Shown one piece after another: positions 9,728-19,083 of a stretch of 32,000 nucleotides of DNA. The stretch's first letter is position 1. The number at the start of each line of letters is the position of its first letter. Under the pieces are notes generated by a model. The model was not told the origin of the DNA, did not search any database, and saw only the letters and a list, made by a program, of their open reading frames with translations. The stretch lies in NCBI RefSeq assembly GCF_000014265.1, contig NC_008312.1, positions 6,870,001-6,902,000 on the forward strand, written 5' to 3'. Both the position numbers and the translations under genes were made by a program. The DNA comes from Trichodesmium erythraeum IMS101 (lineage in GTDB: Bacteria; Cyanobacteriota; Cyanobacteriia; Cyanobacteriales; Microcoleaceae).

Positions 9728-10578
9728 AAAACTGAATCAACTAATATAAATTAAAGTTTTTGTAAATCAGATCTTTAATTGTTTATATTATACTCTAACT
9801 TAGTCATTATTATTGTACAAATCTAGCTTAAATATGTCACAAATAATGTTAAAATGTTAAGATATAAAAATAATTCATTAAATCACCATAATCTCAACAC
9901 TTTGAACCAATAAAATCTTAATCAATAACTTTTAATTTTAACTTTCCCCTAGTGGCGCTAAGGGGGGTAACAATGCCGTCTATGCAAAAAAAATACAAAT
10001 AATTTCAACCTGTTAAACCTGAAATAACTTTTTTCAATTACCGTAAATTCAAAGACTTGAAACCTTCAAAACTTACTTTAAACCTAAATCTAATATAGAC
10101 ATCATCCCAAAACAATCATTACTCAAAAAACTAACGACCCCAAGAGCCAACTCTATCCTCCTAGTTCCTGCTGAAAACCAAAATCCTCCCAAGTGTAAAT
10201 ATTTAACCAGACATGATATAATCTCAAAAATAAAAAAAGATACTTAACCTAAGTGAAACTTCAATTATTCAGAAATAAATACTGGCCGAAAAACTTTTGT
10301 ACTAATTTGCTCATTAGCACAAAAAAGCATTAACTTTATAAATCTTCTACAGAGCTTCCATACAACCTTCCGACCCACTCGTCCACTTCCCCTCCACCAT
10401 CATAACTAGAAGTAGACTTCCAACTCAAGAAACTTTAACAAACATTTATTAAACTAGTATAAAGATAATACTTTACCTTCACCCTTGGGGGTTAACTCCC
10501 ATCAAAGGTTATAATCTTTGTATATTCTTAAGCATTAAGCATATTTTAACAAAAATCACAAAATCTAGGAATCTACCT

Positions 10579-12291
10579 GTGAACAAACAACAAAACCAAA
10601 AATTTAAATTTGACCCCATTGATACTGCCCTAGCAGACATTAAAGCAGGTAAGTGCGTCGTAGTAGTTGATGACGAACATCGAGAAAACGAAGGAGATGT
10701 TATTTGTGCAGCTCAATTTGCTACTCCAAACATGATTAACTTTATGGCAGTAAAAGCCAGAGGTCTAATTTGTCTCGCATTGACAGGCGATCGCCTCGAC
10801 CAACTAGAAGTTCCACTGATGGTTACCAACAATACTGACAGTAACCAAACCGCTTTCACCGTTAGTATTGATGCCTCCCCAGAATTGGGAGTCTCCACAG
10901 GTATCTCAGCAGAAGACCGAGCCCGAACTATCCAAGCTGTTATTAATTCTAACACCAAACCAGAAGATTTACGTCGCCCCGGTCATGTATTCCCCATTCG
11001 AGCCAAAGAAGGAGGAGTCTTAAAAAGAGCAGGTCATACAGAAGCTTCCATTGACTTAGCTAGACTATCAGGTTTATATCCAGCCGGAGTTATTTGTGAA
11101 ATTCAAAACCCAGATGGTTCCATGGCAAGATTACCTCAACTAGTAGAATATGCCCAAACTCATAACCTCAAACTCATTAGTATTGCCGACATCATCAGTT
11201 ATCGCATCAAACACGATCGCTTTGTCTTCCGAGAAGCTGTTGCTAAATTACCCTCTCAATTCGGTAACTTCCAAATTTATGCTTACCGCGATACTCAAAA
11301 TAATTTAGAACATATAGCTATTGTTAAAGGCAACCCAGCAGAATTTTCCCAAAGAGATATAATGGTGCGGGTCCACTCTGAGTGCTTAACTGGAGATGCT
11401 TTTGGTTCTCTGCGTTGTGACTGTAGAATGCAATTACAAGCAGCAATGAAAATGATTGAACATGCAGGTGCAGGAGTCGTTGTTTATTTACGACAGGAGG
11501 GCAGAGGGATAGGGTTAGTTAATAAACTTAAAGCCTATTCATTGCAAGACATAGGATTAGATACTGTGGAAGCTAATGAAAGACTAGGCTTTCCAGCAGA
11601 TTTACGCAACTATGGTGTAGGAGCCCAAATATTACATGATCTAGGGGTCAATAAAATGCGTTTAATTACAAATAACCCCCGTAAAATAGCAGGTTTACAT
11701 GGTTATGGTATTGAAATAGTAGATCGAGTACCTTTGTTAATTGAAACGACAGATTATAATTCTGCTTATCTAGCCACTAAGGCTCAAAAATTAGGTCATA
11801 TTTTGTTACGGAGTTATTTAGTAACAATTGCTATTAATTGGAATAATCAAAAAATCGAAGAAGAAACTTTCGATAATTCTGATCATATAAATATGAAGTC
11901 TTTAGCTCAACAGCGGTATCAATATTTAGAAAAACTACGCAGTTTGATCAAAGAATATGATTTTCTGTTGCAGGAAGAAACAAGGCCAGTAGCAACTGCA
12001 GTCTTTGCCCAAGCTCCTTTAATCGTTAATTTTGGTTTAGAACAAGCAACATTAACTACATCTAAATGGTATCAAGAATCAAATAATCCTTATTTGGTAG
12101 CGATCGCTAAAGTCTTAACAGAAATAGCCCAATGGCAGAATATGTTAAAATTAGAATTTATCATTGCTTCTGGTTTAGATCCTATGATCGCCTTACAGAT
12201 AAAACTAGAACGTCAGACCTTAGAAATTACTGAATTATCCACAGCTATGGAACATTTAGAAACACAAAAAATTTACAGTTTAAAAATTTAG
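10579..12291 (+). CDS. ribBA: Bifunctional 3,4-dihydroxy-2-butanone-4-phosphate synthase / GTP cyclohydrolase II (RibBA) with about 160-aa C-terminal extension
   Basis: GTG start. DHBP synthase motifs are DDEHRENEGD, TAFTVSID and GHTEAS. GCH-II motifs are VRVHSECLTGDAFGSLRCDC, YLRQEGRGIGL and TNNPRK. About 160 further residues have no motif I recognise. Confidence 0.9.
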   Translation: MNKQQNQKFKFDPIDTALADIKAGKCVVVVDDEHRENEGDVICAAQFATPNMINFMAVKARGLICLALTGDRLDQLEVPLMVTNNTDSNQTAFTVSIDASPELGVSTGISAEDRARTIQAVINSNTKPEDLRRPGHVFPIRAKEGGVLKRAGHTEASIDLARLSGLYPAGVICEIQNPDGSMARLPQLVEYAQTHNLKLISIADIISYRIKHDRFVFREAVAKLPSQFGNFQIYAYRDTQNNLEHIAIVKGNPAEFSQRDIMVRVHSECLTGDAFGSLRCDCRMQLQAAMKMIEHAGAGVVVYLRQEGRGIGLVNKLKAYSLQDIGLDTVEANERLGFPADLRNYGVGAQILHDLGVNKMRLITNNPRKIAGLHGYGIEIVDRVPLLIETTDYNSAYLATKAQKLGHILLRSYLVTIAINWNNQKIEEETFDNSDHINMKSLAQQRYQYLEKLRSLIKEYDFLLQEETRPVATAVFAQAPLIVNFGLEQATLTTSKWYQESNNPYLVAIAKVLTEIAQWQNMLKLEFIIASGLDPMIALQIKLERQTLEITELSTAMEHLETQKIYSLKI

Positions 12292-12327
12292 CATTTTGGG
12301 CAAATAATCTTCCCGACACTGAGCAGG

Positions 12328-12454
12328 TAATATCATGTCCGGTTGAACGTTTACACTTTAGAGTCTTTTAGCAGGAGGCGCTCACCATGAGGTAACAGGA
12401 TAGAATTGGTCATTACGGTCCTTAGTTTTTTGTCATTACCCGGACATGATATTA
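12328..12454. mobile_element. MITE-like 127-bp element with perfect 15-bp terminal inverted repeats
   Basis: TAATATCATGTCCGG at 12328-12342 is the exact reverse complement of CCGGACATGATATTA at 12440-12454. There is no ORF inside. A related left end recurs at 13091. Confidence 0.45.
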
Positions 12455-12817
12455 AGAAAACCGGAATTAGGAGAAAAGAGAATTTAGGAATATTTGCATC
12501 CTTGCTGAAGATGAAACTTTTTTCGGCCATTTCACCAAATTAAGCAGATTTGATCTGATATCAGAAATTACTTTTAACTTTTAAACCGATCAAATCTGAC
12601 CTTTTAATTTTGACTCTTGACTTTTATTTCCATAATTCCTCAAGCTTTACCACAACCTTTCATTAGAACTACTCAACCGAAAATAATATGAGCCAAACAA
12701 AGTAGAGCCTAAAAAACTAATGAATAGTTTTAAAACTACCATAGTAAATATTTACAAAAATCAATATTTTGTCATATTATGAGATAAATGATGAAAGCAA
12801 GTCCTCTTTAAACCCAA

Positions 12818-13072
12818 ATGAAAATCCCTGACTTAGACAACCAAAATATTGATCGTATCGTTGAAATGGCTTGGGAAGATCGAACACCCTTCGAGGCCAT
12901 CAAAACTCAGTTTGGTCTCGAGGAGAAACAAGTCATTGTATTAATGCGACGCTCTATGAGTATCTCAAGCTTTAAGATGTGGCGCAAGCGAGTCACTGGG
13001 CGCAAAACGAAGCACACCCACAAAAGAGCCTTTGAGCTAGGACGTTTCAAGTCAAAGAACCAAAAAAGTTAA
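12818..13072 (+). CDS. TIGR03643/DUF2805 family small protein
   Basis: The 84-aa product contains VEMAWEDRTPFEAIKTQFGLEEKQVIVLMRRSMSISSFKMWRKRVTGRKTKH. This matches the family signature as I remember it (AWEDRTPFEAI ... WRKRV.GRKTKH). Confidence 0.8.
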   Translation: MKIPDLDNQNIDRIVEMAWEDRTPFEAIKTQFGLEEKQVIVLMRRSMSISSFKMWRKRVTGRKTKHTHKRAFELGRFKSKNQKS

Positions 13073-13090
13073 CTATACTCTTATCCTCTT

Positions 13091-13172
13091 ATATCATGTC
13101 CAGTTAAATACTTACACTTTGGAGAAAGTAAGGTCCTCAGAAGGCTCCTCGACCTTAATTGAATTATGATAC
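13091..13172. mobile_element. Partial or degenerate second copy of the MITE-like element
   Basis: ATATCATGTCCAGTTAAATACTTACACTTTGGAG at 13091-13124 matches ATATCATGTCCGGTTGAACGTTTACACTTTAGAG at 12330-12363 at about 29 of 34 positions. GGTCCTCAG matches GGTCCTTAG further in. The right end (GAATTATGATAC) resembles the terminal repeat only weakly. Confidence 0.3.
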
Positions 13173-13491
13173 TTTCTCTAATATCATTTAAGAAATTTAT
13201 ATATTATATCTAAGCTGTCAATAATAGAATTGTGCGACGTTGGAAAATTGAAAATTCTCAAAAGTATACTAATATAAGCCTTTAATTATTTTAATACTCA
13301 AAAGCACACTTAAACCTGAACTTGTTTTGGGTTTTAGCCATTTTTGGGGCTATATCCCCATCTCCAACAACTCCAATATCACACAAGAAATTAATTTAAA
13401 GAATAATTTTTGCAGGAAAAAAGCACAAATACTTTAAAATTACTATACTTTCAATTCTACATGAAAAATAGTCAAACTTATTTCTTTGTCT

Positions 13492-15699
13492 ATGAACATT
13501 AAACGTAGAGAATTTCTTATCTTCCTTGGAGCAGGTGCCGGAAAAATTGTCCTGAGTTCTTCTCAGCAAGAACCTTCAGCCAAGCTAGCTAAAAAATATC
13601 CAATTAACAACAGTTCAACTAACAATATTAACTTCCAACCACCTCAAAGCCCAATACCTCTAGTAACCAGTAATCAAGAATTCAAAATAGATGACTATAC
13701 TACATACGAAGTAGTAGATGATTTAGTCATTCCAAAAGGCTTTACCTACGACATTATAGCTTCTTGGGGAGACAAAATCGGTGATTCTCGTTTTGGCTAC
13801 AATAATGATTATCTCTCCTATATTGAAACAGGAGAAAACGAAGGGTTATTAACCATAAATTTTGAATATATTAGCCCCTTACCTTGGGTAACAAGTTATC
13901 AAAAAATTATTGGTAAATCTTTGCCATTTTTAGAGATAGCATCAGAATTTCAGGAAGCAGTAAAATCCAATATTAACTCTCAAGAATTACTAAATAAAAG
14001 CCCTCTAAAAAAACAAATAACTACAATTGCTAAGGAAGCAATGATCGATATGGGAATAGGCGTTATTTCCATTCGTCGCCAACCTGATGGCCAATGGGTA
14101 AGAACAAACTCAAAATTTGACCGCCGAATAACAGGTATTTCAGGATTAGAAGATGGACACTATTTAAAATCAACAGGCCCAGCAGTAGCAGTATTTAAGA
14201 AAAAAGGCAAAGGTTATGATGATAAATTAGGCGATCGCATCATTGGTAGTTTTGCCAACTGTGCAGGTGGTACTACACCTTGGGGAACAGTCTTTAGTGC
14301 CGAAGAAAATTTTCAAAAGTATGTAATTGAAGCAGTTTATTCTGATGGTACTTCTATTGACCCTACCCAAGACAAGTCTCTCTTTATTGGTGAACAAGGA
14401 GTAGTTGGTCTGGGCAGTGCCTTTGGTTTAGCTGGTAATAAATATGGTTGGATGGTAGAAGTAGATCCAGCCTTACCCGATGATTATGGGACAAAACATA
14501 CTTGGTTGGGCCGTTATCGTCATGAAGCAGTCGGTATTAGGGCACAAGCAAACCAACCTTTAGCTTTTTATTCAGGATGCGATCGCCGTAGCGGTCATCT
14601 CTATAAATTTGTCAGTAAAGACATTGTCAAAGACCCCACAGACAAATCCAACTCCCAACTATTGACAAATGGAATGTTATATGGTGCAAAATTTAATTCT
14701 AACGGTACAGGTAGTTGGATTCCCTTAAAAGAGGATACCCCCGTTAATCCAGATTTACCAAGTGTCCATGTGAACAATATGATTAATCTACCCCAAAGAC
14801 CTGATGGTGGTAGCTTCAAAGTAACAAAAGATAGAGATATAGAAGCTTTTAAACAAAAATATCAAACTTTGGGGGACTTATACCAAGGAGACCCCGAAGC
14901 AAAACAAGGAGCAATTCTGATAGATGCCCATTTAGCTGGGAATGCTGCTGGGGTTACTTGTACTGCCCGTCCCGAAGATACTATAGTGGCCAAAGACGGC
15001 AGTCTATTTATTGCTTTTACTTCTGGATATCCTAGTAGTTCTGATGGTAGTCCAGATCAACGTATCTTTAAAGGTCCAGATGGTGAAGCTTATGAATATG
15101 GCTGGATTATGCGTTTAGTTGAAGATAGCGATCGCCCAGATGCTATGACATTTCGTTGGCAAATGTTTGCCACAGGAGGAGAACCAACATTTGGTGGACT
15201 AGGATTTTCTAATCCTGACAACCTAGAGTTTGACGATCAGGGTAATCTCTGGATGGTCACAGATATTAGTACCAATAAGCATAATCAAATAGTGCCTGAG
15301 AATCGAATAGACAAAGATGGCAAACCAATTAACCAGGCAAGTCTTTGTGGTTTATTCGGTAATAATTCAATCTGGTATATTCCCACCTCTGGCTCTAATG
15401 CTGGTCAAGCATACTTATTTGGCATTGGACCAACAGAATCAGAAACTTCTGGGCCTTTCTTTACCAAAGATGGAGAAACTTTATTTTTGGCCATTCAACA
15501 TCCAGGAGAATATAACGGCATCCGTCAAAACATGGCCTCAGAAACTCGTCGGTTGGCCATGAAAACCATAGATGGTTCAGATTTTATGCAAAATCGTATA
15601 GTCCCCATGGGTTCTAACTGGCCTGAAAAAAAAATTAACCACCCTCCGAAACCTTCAGTAGTTGCTATTCGTCGCTTAGATTCAACAAGGATTACATGA
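13492..15699 (+). CDS. phoX: PhoX-family alkaline phosphatase (DUF839), Tat-exported
   Basis: The twin-arginine leader is MNIKRREFLIFLGAGAG. The PhoX core motif FANCAGGTTPWGTVFSAEEN is present, and the C-terminal half is beta-propeller-like. The ORF track starts at a TTG at 13486; the ATG at 13492 is the more likely start. Confidence 0.85.
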   Translation: MNIKRREFLIFLGAGAGKIVLSSSQQEPSAKLAKKYPINNSSTNNINFQPPQSPIPLVTSNQEFKIDDYTTYEVVDDLVIPKGFTYDIIASWGDKIGDSRFGYNNDYLSYIETGENEGLLTINFEYISPLPWVTSYQKIIGKSLPFLEIASEFQEAVKSNINSQELLNKSPLKKQITTIAKEAMIDMGIGVISIRRQPDGQWVRTNSKFDRRITGISGLEDGHYLKSTGPAVAVFKKKGKGYDDKLGDRIIGSFANCAGGTTPWGTVFSAEENFQKYVIEAVYSDGTSIDPTQDKSLFIGEQGVVGLGSAFGLAGNKYGWMVEVDPALPDDYGTKHTWLGRYRHEAVGIRAQANQPLAFYSGCDRRSGHLYKFVSKDIVKDPTDKSNSQLLTNGMLYGAKFNSNGTGSWIPLKEDTPVNPDLPSVHVNNMINLPQRPDGGSFKVTKDRDIEAFKQKYQTLGDLYQGDPEAKQGAILIDAHLAGNAAGVTCTARPEDTIVAKDGSLFIAFTSGYPSSSDGSPDQRIFKGPDGEAYEYGWIMRLVEDSDRPDAMTFRWQMFATGGEPTFGGLGFSNPDNLEFDDQGNLWMVTDISTNKHNQIVPENRIDKDGKPINQASLCGLFGNNSIWYIPTSGSNAGQAYLFGIGPTESETSGPFFTKDGETLFLAIQHPGEYNGIRQNMASETRRLAMKTIDGSDFMQNRIVPMGSNWPEKKINHPPKPSVVAIRRLDSTRIT

Positions 15700-16425
15700 A
15701 AAAATAAAAAACTGAAAAACAATTAAGTAGTAAAAATTTGGTGGTTAGATAAAGTTATTTTCTAATTTGCTAATTTATTTGAATTTCATATTCAACTACC
15801 ATTTTTTTCTAATATCCTTATCCTATATTCGTTTTTGGATTTTTTTTCCGAAAAAATTATGAAAATTTAGGTTGCAAATTATCAGATTAGGTGTAAAATT
15901 TTGCACGAGAGTACAACTTTTTCTAATCAGGTAAAATCTAATTTCTAAGATGAAATCCTAAACTCATCATTAAGAAATATAGTATATAGACAAATTAACA
16001 AAACTATGATAGAGAGAAGGGAACAATGATAGATATGTTGGCATCTGAAATTCTAACTTTTGACTTTCATTTGGGGGAAATTCAAATTACAGCATAGCTT
16101 AACCATTGAACCATTCTCTAAGACTTTTAAACTACTTTGGCAATAAGTAACTTAAAACTTAGAAGCTCAAAAAAAATATTTCAAATAAATCCCAGATCTG
16201 TTTGTATTTTTTTGTAGAGCAAAGAAGTAAATGTAGTCTTAATTATTCCTCAAAAGTAGACTAATTTAAGTCTAGATTTATTCAGGCACCTATATTGCAT
16301 CATAAGGTTAAACGATCAATCTAAAGTCGTAACCCAAATGAATGAATAAGGTGACAAGAAAGAAAGTGTTACTAAGATTATGTTAACCAAATTCTAGTTA
16401 GTTACTACCTGAGTGATGCTAAATC

Positions 16426-16435
16426 GGTGTGAGGA
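16426..16435 (+). promoter_or_regulatory. Conserved leader/Shine-Dalgarno block GGTGTGAGGA upstream of porin 1
   Basis: An identical 10-mer lies 9 nt upstream of the porin-2 ATG. Here it lies 11 nt upstream of the ATG at 16447, which argues for 16447 rather than the GTG at 16429 as the start. Confidence 0.5.
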
Positions 16436-16446
16436 TTGGTAAAAAT

Positions 16447-18165
16447 ATGATAAAACTTATATGGAATACTTTTAAGCACAGTCCTAGTGTTTTTAGTATA
16501 GCATTATTGATGGCAGGCTCAGCAATCGCTGCTGAGACTCCTCTACAAAATTTAGGAACTGATGAAAGTCCTGTAAATCAGAACTTAACCCAAGGCAGCA
16601 TTGAAATTGCTCAAAATTTTGATACTCGGTTAATGCCAATGGATGACCCTTCACTTACACCAGTAGGGGTTTCAGACTTAGAAAATGGCGAGTACATGGA
16701 CCAGGTAACATCTGTAACTCAGTTATCAGATGTACGACCTACTGACTGGGCTTTCCAAGCTCTACAATCCTTGGTAGAGCGTTATGGTTGTATAGCAGGT
16801 TATCCTGACGGTACTTATAAAGGAAATCGAGCGATGACTCGCTTTGAGTTTGCAGCCGGTTTAAATGCCTGCTTGGATAGAGTCACAGAATTAATTGCTG
16901 CTGCAACTTCAGACCTAGTAACTAGAGAAGACTTGGCAGTTTTACAAAGACTACAAGAAGAGTTCAGCGCAGAACTAGCTGCTTTGCGGGGACGAGTTGA
17001 TTCTTTGGAGGCCAGAACATCAGAATTAGAGGCCAATCAATTCTCTACTACAACAAAATTAAACGGTGAGGTATTGTTCTGGTTAAGTGATACCTGGGGA
17101 GAAAGAGCCGCCGGTCGTGGGACAAAAAAGAGTGAGGAGGACAAAACTGAGACAACCTTTGCTTATCGAGTTCGTTTAATCTTTGATAGTAGTTTTACTG
17201 GGAAAGACCGCTTGAGAACTCGTTTACAAGCTCGTAACGTTCCAAAATACGACAGTCGAGATTTGACGAACACTATGATGACTCGTCTAGGTACTGACGA
17301 TGATTTTGATGACGATTTTGTTCTCAATAAATTGGCCTATCGTTTTCCTTTACTAAATGGTAGAGGTCAAATAGAACTAGCAGCTAATGGTTATGGTCTG
17401 GACGACTTCATGGGACCCATTACACCTTTAGATAGTAGTGGTTCTGGTTCTATTTCAAGATTTGGGCGATTTAACCCTACTTTTTATCGTGCTCCAGCTG
17501 ATGCTGGTGTTAAATTTGCTTATGCCTTCAACGACGCAATTAAGTTGACAGTTGGTTATGCTGCACCAGATCCAGAAGACCCTCAAGAAGGTAAAGGTAT
17601 TTTTAATGGTGGCTTCAGTGGATTTGGCCAAGTTACCTTTGAGCCAAATGATAGGATAGTTTTTCAAGCAGGTTATGTGCGTGGCTTCCATCCTAAAGGA
17701 GATGTGAACTTAACTGGAAGTACAGGTAGCTTTAAAGCCAAAGATCCTTTTAAGGGTATACGGACTAGTGCAGATAATATCAACTTTGAAGCCCAGTGGT
17801 TAATTACTGAAGGTTTCCAAATAGGTGGTTGGTTTGGTGCCTCTTTTGCCCGTCCTGAAGATAACAATGATACAGATGATATCACTATTGTTAATGGTGC
17901 TTTGACTTTAGCTTTCCCAGACCTACTCAAAGAAGGTAGCTTAGGAGGTATTATCATTGGTGTACCACCAATTATTACTGATGGTGGTGATGATGATTCT
18001 CTGAAAGACGATGATACTTCTATTCACGTTGAGGTACTTTATCGCTTCCAAATGAATGACAATATTGCCATTACTCCTGGTGTATTTGTGATTACTAACC
18101 CTAATCACATTGAGGATAATGAAACTCTCTGGGTTGGTACAATAAGAACTCAATTCAGATTCTAG
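16447..18165 (+). CDS. Cyanobacterial outer-membrane porin (N-terminal SLH domain + coiled coil + OprB-like beta-barrel)
   Basis: The signal peptide is MIKLIWNTFKHSPSVFSIALLMAGSAIA. The SLH motif is DVRPTDWAFQALQSLVERYGCIAGYPDGTYKGNRAMTRFEFAAGLNACL. A coiled coil (LQEEFSAELAALRGRVDSLEARTSELE) precedes a barrel ending in a C-terminal aromatic residue (RTQFRF). Confidence 0.85.
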   Translation: MIKLIWNTFKHSPSVFSIALLMAGSAIAAETPLQNLGTDESPVNQNLTQGSIEIAQNFDTRLMPMDDPSLTPVGVSDLENGEYMDQVTSVTQLSDVRPTDWAFQALQSLVERYGCIAGYPDGTYKGNRAMTRFEFAAGLNACLDRVTELIAAATSDLVTREDLAVLQRLQEEFSAELAALRGRVDSLEARTSELEANQFSTTTKLNGEVLFWLSDTWGERAAGRGTKKSEEDKTETTFAYRVRLIFDSSFTGKDRLRTRLQARNVPKYDSRDLTNTMMTRLGTDDDFDDDFVLNKLAYRFPLLNGRGQIELAANGYGLDDFMGPITPLDSSGSGSISRFGRFNPTFYRAPADAGVKFAYAFNDAIKLTVGYAAPDPEDPQEGKGIFNGGFSGFGQVTFEPNDRIVFQAGYVRGFHPKGDVNLTGSTGSFKAKDPFKGIRTSADNINFEAQWLITEGFQIGGWFGASFARPEDNNDTDDITIVNGALTLAFPDLLKEGSLGGIIIGVPPIITDGGDDDSLKDDDTSIHVEVLYRFQMNDNIAITPGVFVITNPNHIEDNETLWVGTIRTQFRF

Positions 18166-19064
18166 ATTTTTGGCAAAAAGGAATCGAAAATTAAATAGCA
18201 GTCAACCATCAACAATTCCTTCATTATCAAAACATTGGTATTTATACCCCCATTCTCCTGAAAAGGAGTGTCGGTTAAATGCCAATGGATATTGCCTTTA
18301 GTACGAAAGAGAATTGGAAGGTTGATAGTTGAAAATTTTATTGCTGCTAGCTACATGCTAGAATCTTACAAACACAATAGTTAGGGTTGCTGGGATCAGA
18401 CCAAACTTGTGGCCGACTTCCTGATAACTAACTCAACCGCCTGGGTATTGCCAATTAAGATATTTTATTTCCGCCTACATACAAGGAGATATAAGTTAAA
18501 GAGTTTTAAAAATTTTTTGGTAAATATTAGGAGATAGTCTCCAGTATACAAACTTTAATTTAACCACACATTTTTAACAAATGTTAGCACTTAGAATATC
18601 GAAATTGGTATAGTCAATAAATTCCTAATGAACGCTTCTATAAATAACCCTTAGCTAGGCTCTAGCAGTGTTGATTAGCTAATATAAAAGCTAAGGAGTA
18701 TTATTCTGGTGAATTTTTTATTGTTCTCTCAAGTTGTATTAAAAATTAAAATCCTCAAGATACTTGCACTATGGTAGAAGAGGTGCTAACGTGTCATATA
18801 AAAATTGTATTCTAATATATCTAAATTATCTAACCAAAACTTTGGAGGATAGTTGCACTATTATTCACTTGCTCTAACTGTTGTCTGAGTGCAAACCCTA
18901 GCTTGAATCTAGTAATGGCAGTCAGGCAGCCTATAAGATTTCTGCTGCCATGCAGTTCCGGTTAAAGCAAGAACAGAGATAGACAATCAATCAGATAATT
19001 TAAAATTTTATTGATTTTTGTAGATTTCTGGGAACGGAACAATAGTTTCCTAGTTTAACTAAAA

Positions 19065-19074
19065 GGTGTGAGGA
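19065..19074 (+). promoter_or_regulatory. Conserved leader/Shine-Dalgarno block GGTGTGAGGA upstream of porin 2
   Basis: This is the same 10-mer as at 16426-16435, and it lies 9 nt before the ATG at 19084. Confidence 0.5.
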
Positions 19075-19083
19075 AAAATCAAT

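Noticed and set aside
9728-10100. Cobalamin riboswitch in the bluB leader (minus strand)
   Set aside because: The minus strand near 9945-9975 reads GCGCCACUAGGGGAAAG. This resembles the GCCACUG and GGGAAG elements of the B12 riboswitch core. I could not find the other conserved parts (the GGUG..AA.UCC helix region and the AGYCMGGAGACCKGCC B12 box), and the surrounding sequence is very AT-rich. A cmsearch with RF00174 would settle it.
10300-10578. FMN riboswitch upstream of ribBA
   Set aside because: I saw no recognisable FMN-element core. The only notable structure is a short palindrome, GGGGGTTAACTCCC, near 10488.
13270-13330. Pho boxes upstream of phoX (and near 16098-16125 upstream of porin 1)
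   Set aside because: CTTAAACC-TGA-ACTTGTTT and CTTAACCA-TTG-AACCATTC contain single good matches to the cyanobacterial PyTTAAPyPy(T/A) repeat. I could not find the required series of 8-bp repeats at 11-bp spacing. Isolated matches are expected by chance in AT-rich DNA.
15872-15899. Promoter-like TTGCAA-N16-TAAAAT about 550 bp upstream of porin 1
   Set aside because: It is a good hexamer match, but such matches are frequent by chance in AT-rich spacers. It would also imply a very long leader. It cannot be supported without TSS data.
16815-18153. Shadow ORFs inside or opposite real genes: 16815..17036, 17455..17691, 17673..17957 and 17941..18153. The same applies to 2633..2839, 3923..4174, 5178..5384, 9262..9450, 10713..10958, 14601..14819, 15317..15562, 15525..15722, 20336..20611, 22072..22263, 22415..22603, 22539..22769, 23637..23825 and 29868..30065.
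   Set aside because: Each overlaps a longer ORF that has strong family signatures on the other frame or strand. Their translations are low-complexity and motif-free.
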